The notes under the pieces are model-generated. The model searched no databases. It saw nothing but the letters and a program-made list of their open reading frames with translations, and was not told the DNA's origin. Shown piece after piece: positions 28,643 through 38,394 of a stretch of 60,288 bases of DNA. The position numbers and the translations under genes were made by a program. This DNA comes from a virus. Its lineage: Duplodnaviria; Caudoviricetes. Positions within the stretch are counted from its first letter, which is position 1, and the number at the start of each line of letters is the position of its first letter. Location: positions 1 to 60,288 of IMG/VR virus record IMGVR_UViG_3300050021_000294; one strand, given 5' to 3'.

Positions 28643-28957
28643 AATAACAATGGATAAGCCAACGACTATCGTTCGTAGTTCTGTTTTTGGTATTGACCTT
28701 GATGCCAAAAACCACAATGGGAAACAAAAATTAACTGGGAAATTACAACATGATTCAAAACAATAGTTGCCGGGTGTCTCTTGTGGGTCTACCAAGATGG
28801 GCTAGAATAGATATATTGATGCGAAAACCTTCTCCTTGGTGGAGAACTCATAATCGATCTGTAAAACGACGAGGACCCCTTCAATTGGCTCTCGATTATA
28901 GACAAGATTATGTGCGCGGCGCTCGCGGACTTTCACTTCGATAAATTACACGATCAG

Positions 28958-28985
28958 ATACATCCAGACACATGTCTGGATGTAT
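28958..28985. terminator. hairpin terminator
   Basis: ATACATCCAGACA-CA-TGTCTGGATGTAT followed by a T-run. Confidence 0.7.
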
Positions 28986-29053
28986 TATTTTTTGATGTGT
29001 CTTAAATAATGTCACTTCATGATCTTATGATTATTCAAAGTGGAGATTATGTG

Positions 29054-29479
29054 ATGTCGACAACTACCACTATATTACCAACACTCGATTCTCAATCCAT
29101 TCTTACAAACCCAGTTGATATTTTGTCCTATATAATCAGATATTACTGCACTGCTCCAAAAAGTATTTCTGATACAACACCTACTTTAATGATCTCATTG
29201 GCAGATGATGTATCGCGATATCAGAATGATTCTGGTATGTTAATCAATATAGTTACCACTGCATTACAGTCAGTATTGAATCAATATTTTCCATCACCTA
29301 ATGCTTCATCGACAGTTGATGTTTCAACCAGTGATAATGGTGACAATACTTACAATCTCACCATACAACTTGTGGCCACCGTTAATGGTGCTGTTTATAC
29401 CATAGGGGCCGATGTGTCTGTTAACTCAGCCGGTATCCTGTTGTTGAAATTCCACCCAGGACTTCCTTCATTTTCATAA
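29054..29479 (+). CDS. conserved protein, possibly gp25-like baseplate/sheath initiator
   Basis: Helix-helix then beta-hairpin pattern (LQSVLNQYF..VDVS..YNLTIQL); GGAG RBS. Confidence 0.45.
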   Translation: MSTTTTILPTLDSQSILTNPVDILSYIIRYYCTAPKSISDTTPTLMISLADDVSRYQNDSGMLINIVTTALQSVLNQYFPSPNASSTVDVSTSDNGDNTYNLTIQLVATVNGAVYTIGADVSVNSAGILLLKFHPGLPSFS

Positions 29480-29499
29480 GCTTGTTAGGAACCATAGTA

Positions 29500-30096
29500 A
29501 TGAGTCTCGCTCCTCCGATGAAATCCTCCATACCGCCAATCCAAATGATTACTATTGAAGAGCCCGATACTACTAAGCTATTCAATGCCCTTCAGAAAAT
29601 TCATTCACGACCCAATACTGTCACAAGACAACAATTTCATCAATTTGAACCCCTGTTCAAAAAAGAACACAATCTTGACCCCACACAATTAGAAAATTTA
29701 ACAAAGCTTTATTGCAAGACATTTGATTTTTATAAACAGACCGTTATTATTGAAAGTGCTGACAATCCAAAAGTTGTTATTACCCTACCTGCAGTATTTG
29801 CTCCCGTTAGAACACTATCTCCAACTGAACGAAATGCAACATTGGTCGACATCAATAACAAACTTGCTGGATCGTTACCAAAACATAGCACTAATGCATT
29901 TGGACAGATGGCAGATGCCTTGATTACAGAACAAGTTCACAACAAGAGTGTTATTACTGAATATCGTAAAGACTATGTAGCAACAATCCAAGAGTTTCTC
30001 AACGCCTATAGTGATAAATCAAAACCCGCAACCATCACGGTAGATGAGACGGCCACTTCTACTGTATTTAAAGATGCTGACTGCACTTTCGAATGA
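29500..30096 (+). CDS. conserved hypothetical protein
   Basis: F.QFEPLF, V.II......V..TLPAVF; overlaps the sbcD start (ATGA). Confidence 0.6.
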   Translation: MSLAPPMKSSIPPIQMITIEEPDTTKLFNALQKIHSRPNTVTRQQFHQFEPLFKKEHNLDPTQLENLTKLYCKTFDFYKQTVIIESADNPKVVITLPAVFAPVRTLSPTERNATLVDINNKLAGSLPKHSTNAFGQMADALITEQVHNKSVITEYRKDYVATIQEFLNAYSDKSKPATITVDETATSTVFKDADCTFE

Positions 30097-31274
30097 GTGC
30101 GACAATACCTTTTTTTCTGACAGCACGCAATACGCCGTTGCGGATTATGTCGACGTCTGACTGGCATCTCGGCAATGCTCGAGTTCCAGCAGTTAATATC
30201 TGCAATAGGTTGCGTGAAGTCATCTTTCCTCTCTTACCCAACATCGATCTTCTCAATATCGGCGGTGATGTTTGGGATACCTTATTATCTATCAATAACG
30301 AATCCAATGAAATTATTTCTTTCATCATTGATCTACTACGTATTTGCAATGATCATCGTATTGTCGTACGCGTATTACTTGGCACATTCACCCATGACCG
30401 CGATCAATCCACGGTATTTGAAATCTATCACAATAAATGTCAATTTACCAACGATCTACGATATATTGATAAAGTATATCTAGAGGAAATTTCTGCTCTT
30501 GATGTAAGAATCCTCTATCTTCCAGACGACTTGCCTTATGAATCATCCGATGCTTGTCTTGCTGCAGTGGCTGAGATGATGTTGGTTCGGGGATGGACTT
30601 GGGTTGATTATGTTTTTGGACATGGTTATTTCGAACATATGTTGCCTCCTCATATTCCAAAACCTCCTAAATGTACATTTCGAGTAGCGCAATTTACTTC
30701 ATTTGTGCGACGTTATATCTGCATGGGACACATTCATTTAAGTGACATAACTGGACAAGTAATTTACAATAATAGCTTCGACCGTATAGCGCATGGGGAG
30801 GAGGCTCCTAAGGGCTGTATGATCATAGAAGACCTAGGCACATCAGCTAAATTAAGGTTCATAGAAAATAAAAGAGCAACTAAGTTCATTACCTTAGATT
30901 TGTCAAAATACCCAGATAATGAAACCATAGGAAAACACTATCTTGATCTACTTAAAGAGAAGTTCAATGGTGCTTCTGGATATGTTCGAGTTAGTCATCC
31001 GTCGGCTGAAGTTCGCCAAACACTTCATCGACTAACAACCAGTCAACATCAAGAATTATTCTATTCCTTTAGAAAATCACTCGATGAATCCGTCAGTGAC
31101 GGTAGAATGCTTGCTCGCAAATCGTTCAATGTTAACGAATATCCCACTCCAACAATTACGACATTACCACAAATGATCTTCAAATTTCTCGAAAACAACG
31201 GTGGTGCCAAGTTAACTCCAAGTCGAATATCTGAAATTTTATCCAATTTATCATCAAACTCAACGGGCTCTTAG
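30093..31274 (+). CDS. sbcD: SbcD/Mre11-like metallophosphoesterase nuclease
   Basis: SDWHLG, GGDVWD, GTFTHD, HGYF, GHIH and SFDRIAHGEE.PKG motifs. Confidence 0.88.
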   Translation: MSATIPFFLTARNTPLRIMSTSDWHLGNARVPAVNICNRLREVIFPLLPNIDLLNIGGDVWDTLLSINNESNEIISFIIDLLRICNDHRIVVRVLLGTFTHDRDQSTVFEIYHNKCQFTNDLRYIDKVYLEEISALDVRILYLPDDLPYESSDACLAAVAEMMLVRGWTWVDYVFGHGYFEHMLPPHIPKPPKCTFRVAQFTSFVRRYICMGHIHLSDITGQVIYNNSFDRIAHGEEAPKGCMIIEDLGTSAKLRFIENKRATKFITLDLSKYPDNETIGKHYLDLLKEKFNGASGYVRVSHPSAEVRQTLHRLTTSQHQELFYSFRKSLDESVSDGRMLARKSFNVNEYPTPTITTLPQMIFKFLENNGGAKLTPSRISEILSNLSSNSTGS

Positions 31275-31285
31275 ATATATATTAT
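31272..31285 (+). promoter_or_regulatory. early promoter motif
   Basis: TAGATATATATTAT. Confidence 0.65.
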
Positions 31286-31305
31286 CACAATAGTAACCAG
31301 AGAGG

Positions 31306-31680
31306 TTGGATATGCGTAAATATATTAAGTTCAGTGACAACACCATGCATGAATTGTCGTCACTGACTTATGATGAATTTATTTCATTGGATTTATGGAC
31401 AGGTGCTTCTGATATAGCATTTGCCAGCTGGCTTTCTCATAATAAACTATCAGAACTTGATAGTTTTAATGATGAAACTAAATCCGATTCAGTTATTGTA
31501 GTAGAGATCGCACATCGCAGTTTCGAATTCAATCCCTCTGGTGATGAAAAGACTTGGATCGTATGTGATAAATCAGTCATAGGTATCAAACCTCCTGGTG
31601 GTGGATTATCTTTAGTTGAAACACATGCAGTTAATGCAATCCTTAAAAAGAAATACGGAGATTATCATCCTACTGTATAA
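31306..31680 (+). CDS. hypothetical protein
   Basis: GAGG RBS downstream of a promoter motif. Confidence 0.6.
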   Translation: MDMRKYIKFSDNTMHELSSLTYDEFISLDLWTGASDIAFASWLSHNKLSELDSFNDETKSDSVIVVEIAHRSFEFNPSGDEKTWIVCDKSVIGIKPPGGGLSLVETHAVNAILKKKYGDYHPTV

Positions 31681-31702
31681 TACAAAATAAGGATCATTTT
31701 CA

Positions 31703-32596
31703 ATGACATATACATTTCCAGATACTTCTGGGTTAGAACGAGCCCAGAATGATCTAACAGAACCACTATATCGAGGATCTATCGGTTCAAATAGAATCTT
31801 TCATGTGCTTCGTACTACTGCAGGTCTCATCAATAATCCACGCTGGGATCTATTCATAATTAACGTATACACACTACTGCGCAATGCCTATAGTAAAGAT
31901 ATCAAACAACAAGCCATTGAAAAAATCGTTGATGCCGATGTAGATTTGTACATGACATTCATAGGAGCCTATTGTTCGTTTTTACGACTGATGCCCGCAA
32001 CGGTATTGTTTTATGCTCCAAACTATAGAGCTATTCCAAAAGAACTCCTTCGTAAGACGACTGGACAGCGCGCTGAGATGGATGTTATGTATGATAAGTT
32101 ATTACATAAACTTCCTACCAAACTCACAGAACTAACCGAAGATGTTTCAGTTCGCAAATTCTTGGTTGCTACCAGTGGGAATACTTTTCCCCATAAAGAA
32201 TTACCTGGATATATTCGTGAGATATATGGCGGGATACGTACCTCCGGACAGATCGGTACCGTGTTGTTTACGCACTGTCCAATCGACCTTCATCTTACAA
32301 CAACGATTCCAAAAATGGATCTGTTTGAAAGCTTCACTGGTGCAATTTATCCAGTATCAGAATTTGGTCGTAAGTTGACTAAAGAAGTAAAGGTCCCATT
32401 CAATACAGCAACACATCGTGCATTTGGTGATGACATCCATCTGATTGCGTTATGTAAAGGTCCTCAAAAGACTAAGCTAGTGGAACTTGCAGCCAAAAGA
32501 AATTGGACCATTCACACCGAACGTGAAATCATCAACGATATCACCTCTACATTTTCCGATATTTCATCATCCGAATTGACTCGATTGAGATTGTGA
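31703..32596 (+). CDS. conserved PIN/FEN-like nuclease-fold protein of the phiKZ core block
   Basis: FIINVYTLLRNAY, TH.PIDL, L.ESFTG and PFN...H..FGD motifs. Confidence 0.55.
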   Translation: MTYTFPDTSGLERAQNDLTEPLYRGSIGSNRIFHVLRTTAGLINNPRWDLFIINVYTLLRNAYSKDIKQQAIEKIVDADVDLYMTFIGAYCSFLRLMPATVLFYAPNYRAIPKELLRKTTGQRAEMDVMYDKLLHKLPTKLTELTEDVSVRKFLVATSGNTFPHKELPGYIREIYGGIRTSGQIGTVLFTHCPIDLHLTTTIPKMDLFESFTGAIYPVSEFGRKLTKEVKVPFNTATHRAFGDDIHLIALCKGPQKTKLVELAAKRNWTIHTEREIINDITSTFSDISSSELTRLRL

Positions 32597-32671
32597 GAAC
32601 TACATCTTGTGTATTCCTTAACAGGAGCTAATTATTGTATGTGTTAGATTTATACAATAAGGAGATCCCAA

Positions 32672-33229
32672 GTGGCTGATCTAAGTTTCGACCGTCTGTT
32701 TAGTGTGAATGCTGAGAATGACAAAAATACGTCATTGAGTTTGGGTGTCTGGCAGGGCAATGCCAGCATCAGTGTATTTTCCAATCGCGCACAAGTTGCA
32801 CGACTGCCGGTGCCCAGGACATTTCAGGTTTCATTGAAGAAGGCTTTGCAGGTACTGTTGACCAGCAAGCCGACTGATAAGAAGAGCTGGAATTTCAGCA
32901 AGTGGGATCCGGAGACCAAGAAGAGTTTCAGTATTGGAACTTTTGTTATCGGTCGTGATGACAAAGCCATATTCTTCATCGGCATTGCTGCACCAGACCA
33001 TCCTCCGATGAAGTTTATTCTGAAATCACCGATTTCTTTTGATACATCAGATCCGATGACGGATGTCCAGCGTTCTGAACTTGCGGTAGAAACACTGATC
33101 GAACAGCTCGGTTTTGATATCCCCATGGCAGTATCACTTACCAGTTTCAAGCGAACTGATACTGGTCGTGCGACTGGTGGTGCTGCTAACAATAATGGCA
33201 TTCGCGATTCGGATGTTTCGATTTTCTAA
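32672..33229 (+). CDS. chmC: putative ChmC-like (Whirly-fold) nucleic-acid-binding protein
   Basis: Beta-rich LSLGVWQGNASISVF / IGTFVIGRD..AIFFIGI with a Gly/Asn, acidic tail; lies upstream of the sigma-like RNAP subunit as in PhiPA3/Goslar; AAGGAG RBS. Confidence 0.55.
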   Translation: MADLSFDRLFSVNAENDKNTSLSLGVWQGNASISVFSNRAQVARLPVPRTFQVSLKKALQVLLTSKPTDKKSWNFSKWDPETKKSFSIGTFVIGRDDKAIFFIGIAAPDHPPMKFILKSPISFDTSDPMTDVQRSELAVETLIEQLGFDIPMAVSLTSFKRTDTGRATGGAANNNGIRDSDVSIF

Positions 33230-33244
33230 CGATATCAATTAAGA

Positions 33245-33274
33245 ACTCACGTCTGGAGTAATCCAGACGTGAGT
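33245..33274. terminator. hairpin terminator
   Basis: ACTCACGTCTGGA-GTAA-TCCAGACGTGAGT. Confidence 0.7.
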
Positions 33275-33318
33275 CTTGTTGAAGTTCATTTAACCTCACA
33301 TCGGATCTCATTTATATA

Positions 33319-33332
33319 CAGACATATATTAC
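33319..33332 (+). promoter_or_regulatory. early promoter motif
   Basis: CAGACATATATTAC. Confidence 0.7.
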
Positions 33333-33409
33333 TTAGTTGAAGAGTTTCCGAATCAAATTGGTATACTTCTTCATTCCTACAATACTCACAACTAGAAGGA
33401 CTTTCCGAC

Positions 33410-33892
33410 ATGTCACTCATGTTCGATGAAAATAGCATCGCTACAACTACACATCCATTAGCTCGAAGGTTGCGCAAGTTCTTCTATCGGAATAATGTTA
33501 CCGTAGAAGAATTCGACCTGCTTATTCGCGCATATGGCGTAAAGCACGGTCAAAGTGAATCGTCGATCCGGTTGCATCAAATCAATCTACCTCGTGCATT
33601 GAAGATCGATGATCTCACCTTCCGTATGTTTCAGTTTTGTTTGGTTCAGCTTTTCGGTTCAACCGACGCTCAGGTCAACCTGGTATTGCAAGATCGCGAT
33701 CCTGATACTATGATGATTTCTAATCACACACTGATGGCCTTGATTCACGGCAGTGAACAGTATAGTGATTATCTAAAACTATTCATAAAGGCCCGATGCG
33801 ACGAGGCGGAAAGTCTTCGCGAGCTTGAGAAAGTGAAGAACGCCATTACAGAGGCATGTTCCCTCCTCTCTGTCATCTCGTTTAAGAATTGA
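33410..33892 (+). CDS. putative DNA-binding protein
   Basis: LARRLRKFF...NLPRAL..DDLTFRMF pattern resembles small helical DNA-binding proteins of jumbo phages. Confidence 0.5.
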   Translation: MSLMFDENSIATTTHPLARRLRKFFYRNNVTVEEFDLLIRAYGVKHGQSESSIRLHQINLPRALKIDDLTFRMFQFCLVQLFGSTDAQVNLVLQDRDPDTMMISNHTLMALIHGSEQYSDYLKLFIKARCDEAESLRELEKVKNAITEACSLLSVISFKN

Positions 33893-33899
33893 GTTCATC

Positions 33900-34325
33900 A
33901 TGTCCAAGTCAATCCATACGGTTAAATCCAATCACGTTGCTCTGAACAAGTTGCACCAGAAGAACACGACTGCCTATCGATTTGCTGATCCTGATCCGAT
34001 CTTGGATCTTCTGCGCGCGGCGATTTCTGATGCGATGCGCGATAATCGCATGTCTATTGTACAAATTGCTGCCGATGCGATGTGTGCCTATCAGACAGTT
34101 GCTCGTATTGTGGATGGAGAGACGCGCCGTCCTCAAAATAGTACTGTTGATCGCATCCTGAAAGCCTGTGGTTTCACCAGGCCGATTCTGCGTGCCATGC
34201 TGGACGTACATGACATGACCCTGAATGTTCAGGAAATGTATGATGCGATGGAAGCTGTCATCACCAAAAAGATGTCCCATGCTGAAATCGTAGCTCTGTT
34301 GAAAAAGACTATCGGTAAGAAGTAG
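33900..34325 (+). CDS. XRE/Cro-type HTH transcriptional regulator
   Basis: MSIVQIAADAMCAYQTVARIVDGETRRPQNSTVDRILKACG. Confidence 0.75.
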   Translation: MSKSIHTVKSNHVALNKLHQKNTTAYRFADPDPILDLLRAAISDAMRDNRMSIVQIAADAMCAYQTVARIVDGETRRPQNSTVDRILKACGFTRPILRAMLDVHDMTLNVQEMYDAMEAVITKKMSHAEIVALLKKTIGKK

Positions 34326-34338
34326 AAGGAAGTCACAC

Positions 34339-34803
34339 ATGTCACGCGATAAAGTACTCGAACAAGCAGCCAAGCTTTGTGATGAGCTTGCTGCTTCATA
34401 TAGCGCCTGTGAAGTATCCTTTGTTGGAAGTCGATCTGATGGTTTGTTTGCAGAGGCGGCTAAGGAATGTGCAGCTAAGATTCGTTCACAAATTCCTCCT
34501 CCGGCTGGATACAATGAATTGATTGAGAGTCTGCTCATTGATGGAAGCCAACCATCCACTCCCAATACCACAGGATTGGCAGCGGCGCCTACCATGGAAA
34601 CCATGACTTTGCCGGGACATCAAATCTATAAAGACCAGAATACTGGAGATTACTGGGTAGAACTCGCCTGGATTAATTATCCAGCAACCTGCCTACGAAA
34701 TCTCCGTACTGGTGATAATACCGTTGAAGTCATCGGTTGTCTGCATGCAGATCGCTTTGTTGCAATCGGGAGAATCGAATCCTCGAAACTTCCTAGAACC
34801 TAA
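34339..34803 (+). CDS. hypothetical protein
   Basis: LEQAAKLCD..AKECAAKIR helical motif common in phage hypothetical proteins. Confidence 0.6.
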   Translation: MSRDKVLEQAAKLCDELAASYSACEVSFVGSRSDGLFAEAAKECAAKIRSQIPPPAGYNELIESLLIDGSQPSTPNTTGLAAAPTMETMTLPGHQIYKDQNTGDYWVELAWINYPATCLRNLRTGDNTVEVIGCLHADRFVAIGRIESSKLPRT

Positions 34804-34815
34804 AAGAAAACACAT

Positions 34816-35250
34816 ATGTCCACTGATCTGACTGTTGACAACTGGAAGAATATCCGTCGCGATAGCGAGAAGATGTTGAACGATACGCTGCGTCAGTTGC
34901 ATGAGCACCTGACGATGTCGCCGGAAGAAGAGGTCTTCGATCTGGCGAAGTTGGCCAATATGTCATCGATGCCGAAGGTGATGCCAACCAACATGATCGC
35001 GGCGCGCAGTTGCATCAATGATCTGGTCGGCCAGATCGAGGCACTGCAGCGGGCTCTTCGGATGTCAGTACATCTGGCTTCGGATACGAAGAACTACATG
35101 AATGGCGTGAGTGGATCTGAGATCAGCGACTCCACCTGCGTTCTGTTCGGTGGGATCAGGTCTCGTTATGAGGTGTGTGCAGAAACCTACGAGAGGCTGC
35201 AGGTCAAGCGTGACTTGACGTCGGATCGTTTGCAGAAAGCCACTGACTGA
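34816..35250 (+). CDS. hypothetical protein (GC-richer)
   Basis: Co-oriented ORF ending at a hairpin. Confidence 0.6.
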   Translation: MSTDLTVDNWKNIRRDSEKMLNDTLRQLHEHLTMSPEEEVFDLAKLANMSSMPKVMPTNMIAARSCINDLVGQIEALQRALRMSVHLASDTKNYMNGVSGSEISDSTCVLFGGIRSRYEVCAETYERLQVKRDLTSDRLQKATD

Positions 35251-35257
35251 TGTTGAA

Positions 35258-35291
35258 TACCATACTCCTGGGACATCCCAGGAGTATGGTA
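35258..35291. terminator. hairpin terminator
   Basis: TACCATACTCCTGGGA-CA-TCCCAGGAGTATGGTA. Confidence 0.75.
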
Positions 35292-35327
35292 ACTTTCATG
35301 ATTTTATTTTTTATCTCAATGCAGCTT

Positions 35328-35341
35328 CGGATATATATTAC
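35328..35341 (+). promoter_or_regulatory. early promoter motif
   Basis: CGGATATATATTAC. Confidence 0.7.
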
Positions 35342-35431
35342 TATTTTGAAGATCAAATAAAAATTCACAGTAATCTGGATTATCCATTACATCATAATGA
35401 CATGCTATAGAATTTGGAAATTGACTAAAGA

Positions 35432-37255
35432 ATGAAGCGTCTCCAACAAAGTTGTGATAATAGACCATTCTATTTATTGGGAAATGTCATGGAAATAACC
35501 TATCGTAGAATGTCAAATGGCAACAAAGATATCGTCGTTGCTTTTATAGATACAGAGGGTCTTGATCTCGGAATAGAGACAACCTATCTTGAACTCGATA
35601 CAGAAGATGATGAAGTAGCGCCATACGTTGATCCAGAAGATGATTCTGAAGAGACCGAAGTCCCATCTCCCATCATCGTTGATGTCGATGACGGACCTTA
35701 TAATCTCAACCAACTCTATTTTCTAGTCGGAACTTATCAGAAACTAACTGAAAATCCAGAAGGTGCTTGGGAACTATTGTTGCGTGGAGCCAATCGATTT
35801 CTCGATACACTATCTCCTGATGAATTAAGACAGTTTTGTCTATTCTTCATTTATGCTCGACAAACCATTACACGAGAGTTGATTGGTGGAAGTGCTATTA
35901 CTGATGTTGCAACACATCTTGGTAATGAACTTTATGATCTGGCTTTGGCTATCAATCTACCAGCGAAGCTATTGCATTATGTTCAATATGAATCTGGGAT
36001 TCCAATTCCAGATCTCTCTACTGCAGGAACAAATGCGAGTCGTGATTCTGAGGACATGACATTTAGAGTACCTGAATATTATGTATTGCTTGCAATCAGT
36101 GTTCTTTGTAAAATCTTAGCTCCTATCTGGGGTGACATGATTGAACGAACTCGCGATGATGTTGATAATATGTTAAAAGAGATCCAATGTATTAATCTCA
36201 TTGAACCGATACTTACGATTGGCGTGTTCAGTATTATACGTGAAAAACTCTATAACTATGTCTCCACTATCGTCAATACCGAAATGAAAAATTCCTATGC
36301 CACCGCATCATTTGCTGCAACTATCGGTGGTGTATCCAGGACACAATTTCATCACATTGTGTTTTGTAATTTGATTGTTAAACGATTTGTTACTATCGAT
36401 CTCTATATGCTTGACGGTGACAAAAGTAGCAACGTAATGATTTGGGTTGCAACCTGCTCAAGACAATCGTATACGTCGACACAACAAGCGCTTAACAAAC
36501 GCTGTCGAATTATGCCTCGCACAGATATCTCCGAAAACGCCAGTTATGGAGAAGAAGAGCGTAGTGTCTCGGTTTTAGAACATAGTAGTCGCATCACCGA
36601 TGTTACTGCAGATACACCCCAATTGATTCGATTTGGTGCTCGTATGGCTGTGCAGCGCCTACGCAAGGAATATGAAGTATCTGAATTTGAGTTTCTTCAG
36701 GTTATGAATTATTATCAACAAAATCCAATCCAGGTCACTTCGTTCAATAAAATTCTGGTTGGTGTCTTTGTTGGTAATCATATCGGTGGTGCTCAAGGTA
36801 TAAAATATCTCGATCTGCCACTTTATATGGAACTGGTCACGATCACCCAGATCTATATTGCCAAGCAATATGCTGCTCCTGATGTTGTTCACTTACTGAC
36901 TGCCAATACCCCCATTGAAGATCGGCCAGTATTAGAACTATCCTCCATCAACAGCATGATCGACAATACCTCTAAGAAGACACTTGAGTATCGTGGATGT
37001 GAAGAATCATTTCCATACACACTCAATAGTGTTGGTATTGGAACAGCACTCAAGACATTACAAGACTATATCATCAAACATCATCACTATGCGAACACTT
37101 CACCATTCATTTCTGGAATCATGGATAATGCCACATTGCCACCAGGAACTCTCATTTATTATGAACCAGAAGTTATGCAACAATGTTGTTCTGTCATTCT
37201 CGACAATATTAATCCTCATGAGGTTCGCATGGGTAGACAACTTCCAGGAGACTGA
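35432..37255 (+). CDS. non-virion RNAP sigma-like subunit (phiKZ gp68-like); start may be 35489
   Basis: IPIPDL...TF...EY..L..ISV..K...PIWG motif, E..SVLE, size and position in the core block. Confidence 0.7.
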   Translation: MKRLQQSCDNRPFYLLGNVMEITYRRMSNGNKDIVVAFIDTEGLDLGIETTYLELDTEDDEVAPYVDPEDDSEETEVPSPIIVDVDDGPYNLNQLYFLVGTYQKLTENPEGAWELLLRGANRFLDTLSPDELRQFCLFFIYARQTITRELIGGSAITDVATHLGNELYDLALAINLPAKLLHYVQYESGIPIPDLSTAGTNASRDSEDMTFRVPEYYVLLAISVLCKILAPIWGDMIERTRDDVDNMLKEIQCINLIEPILTIGVFSIIREKLYNYVSTIVNTEMKNSYATASFAATIGGVSRTQFHHIVFCNLIVKRFVTIDLYMLDGDKSSNVMIWVATCSRQSYTSTQQALNKRCRIMPRTDISENASYGEEERSVSVLEHSSRITDVTADTPQLIRFGARMAVQRLRKEYEVSEFEFLQVMNYYQQNPIQVTSFNKILVGVFVGNHIGGAQGIKYLDLPLYMELVTITQIYIAKQYAAPDVVHLLTANTPIEDRPVLELSSINSMIDNTSKKTLEYRGCEESFPYTLNSVGIGTALKTLQDYIIKHHHYANTSPFISGIMDNATLPPGTLIYYEPEVMQQCCSVILDNINPHEVRMGRQLPGD

Positions 37256-37258
37256 TCC

Positions 37259-38374
37259 ATGATCCTTGCGGCATTTCGTTTAGAACGAGATCGACTTACA
37301 TCAAGCCAGTCATTTGGTTATGAACGACAATTATGGCCTGGAAGGAGATTGCCATTTCAACAGTTTACAACAAAACTTGGTTGTCCTATCGAAATAGGCA
37401 CAACGCTAACAGCAAGTATTGTAAAAATTATCGAATTGTACAATCGCGAAGAACCAATTGTAATCGAACGATTGGCTTGGCAATTTGGCAATCAACTCTA
37501 TCCCTATCGTGTAAAATACATTCGTCTTTGTGATACGATGCAATCAGAAGAACCCATGCTCTTTCTCCCTAACATAGGAACGATCCACAAAAAGTTAACT
37601 GGACTTGATATAGATATTATCTCACCATTAGAGTTTTATCTCGATAGAGCAGTGACTATAGATCCTCGAATCATTCCATCATCAATTCAAACCTACATCC
37701 ACTCACTTTGTCATAAACATCGTTTGGCAATTGATGGATTGGCCCCACAACAAACTGATCCTCTCACGTTACGTGACTTTCTGACAGTTCTTGATTGTGA
37801 AAATCCGTTTGGGTTTGAACAATTTGTTATGCCAAAATTAGCCATTAATGATCCAATTAGTATCCCCTTCATTAATCGTTCGTTGGATGCAAGACATTTG
37901 TTCTCTCCAGGCGCCGGAGGTAATCCATTTGATACTTCAGCAGTTGGACCCATTCAAATTAATCATCCGGAAGTTACTCTCTGCAGTCCTTTAGAATACC
38001 ATTCAATTGCAGTGGATTGTGATACTGTTAGTCAGCAATATTCTGATGTAAAACTCAAGTATATATTATCTTTTAGTGAAGGTATATTAGATTGTATTAC
38101 TCAACATTTGGTTTGTCGTTATGTCGATACTCCAAATGAAGAACTGATTGCTCACTATTGTGCATCAATTGTTATCAATGTACACGGTTCTGCTTGTGCT
38201 CAACATCCAGAGTGGATCGAAGACAATCATATCGTCACACTAGAAATCACTTATGGAGATGAAGCACTCATTGAGATTTATACCATCGATCACAAATGCT
38301 GTCTCTTTGCTCTACATCTAGATCTTGCCATGATAGCACTCTGTTGTGCAGATGTTATCCCACAAGTTGCTTGA
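37259..38374 (+). CDS. hypothetical protein
   Basis: 371-aa ORF coupled to its neighbours; no recognisable motif. Confidence 0.65.
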   Translation: MILAAFRLERDRLTSSQSFGYERQLWPGRRLPFQQFTTKLGCPIEIGTTLTASIVKIIELYNREEPIVIERLAWQFGNQLYPYRVKYIRLCDTMQSEEPMLFLPNIGTIHKKLTGLDIDIISPLEFYLDRAVTIDPRIIPSSIQTYIHSLCHKHRLAIDGLAPQQTDPLTLRDFLTVLDCENPFGFEQFVMPKLAINDPISIPFINRSLDARHLFSPGAGGNPFDTSAVGPIQINHPEVTLCSPLEYHSIAVDCDTVSQQYSDVKLKYILSFSEGILDCITQHLVCRYVDTPNEELIAHYCASIVINVHGSACAQHPEWIEDNHIVTLEITYGDEALIEIYTIDHKCCLFALHLDLAMIALCCADVIPQVA

Positions 38375-38394
38375 TCCCAATAACGGAGTCTCCC

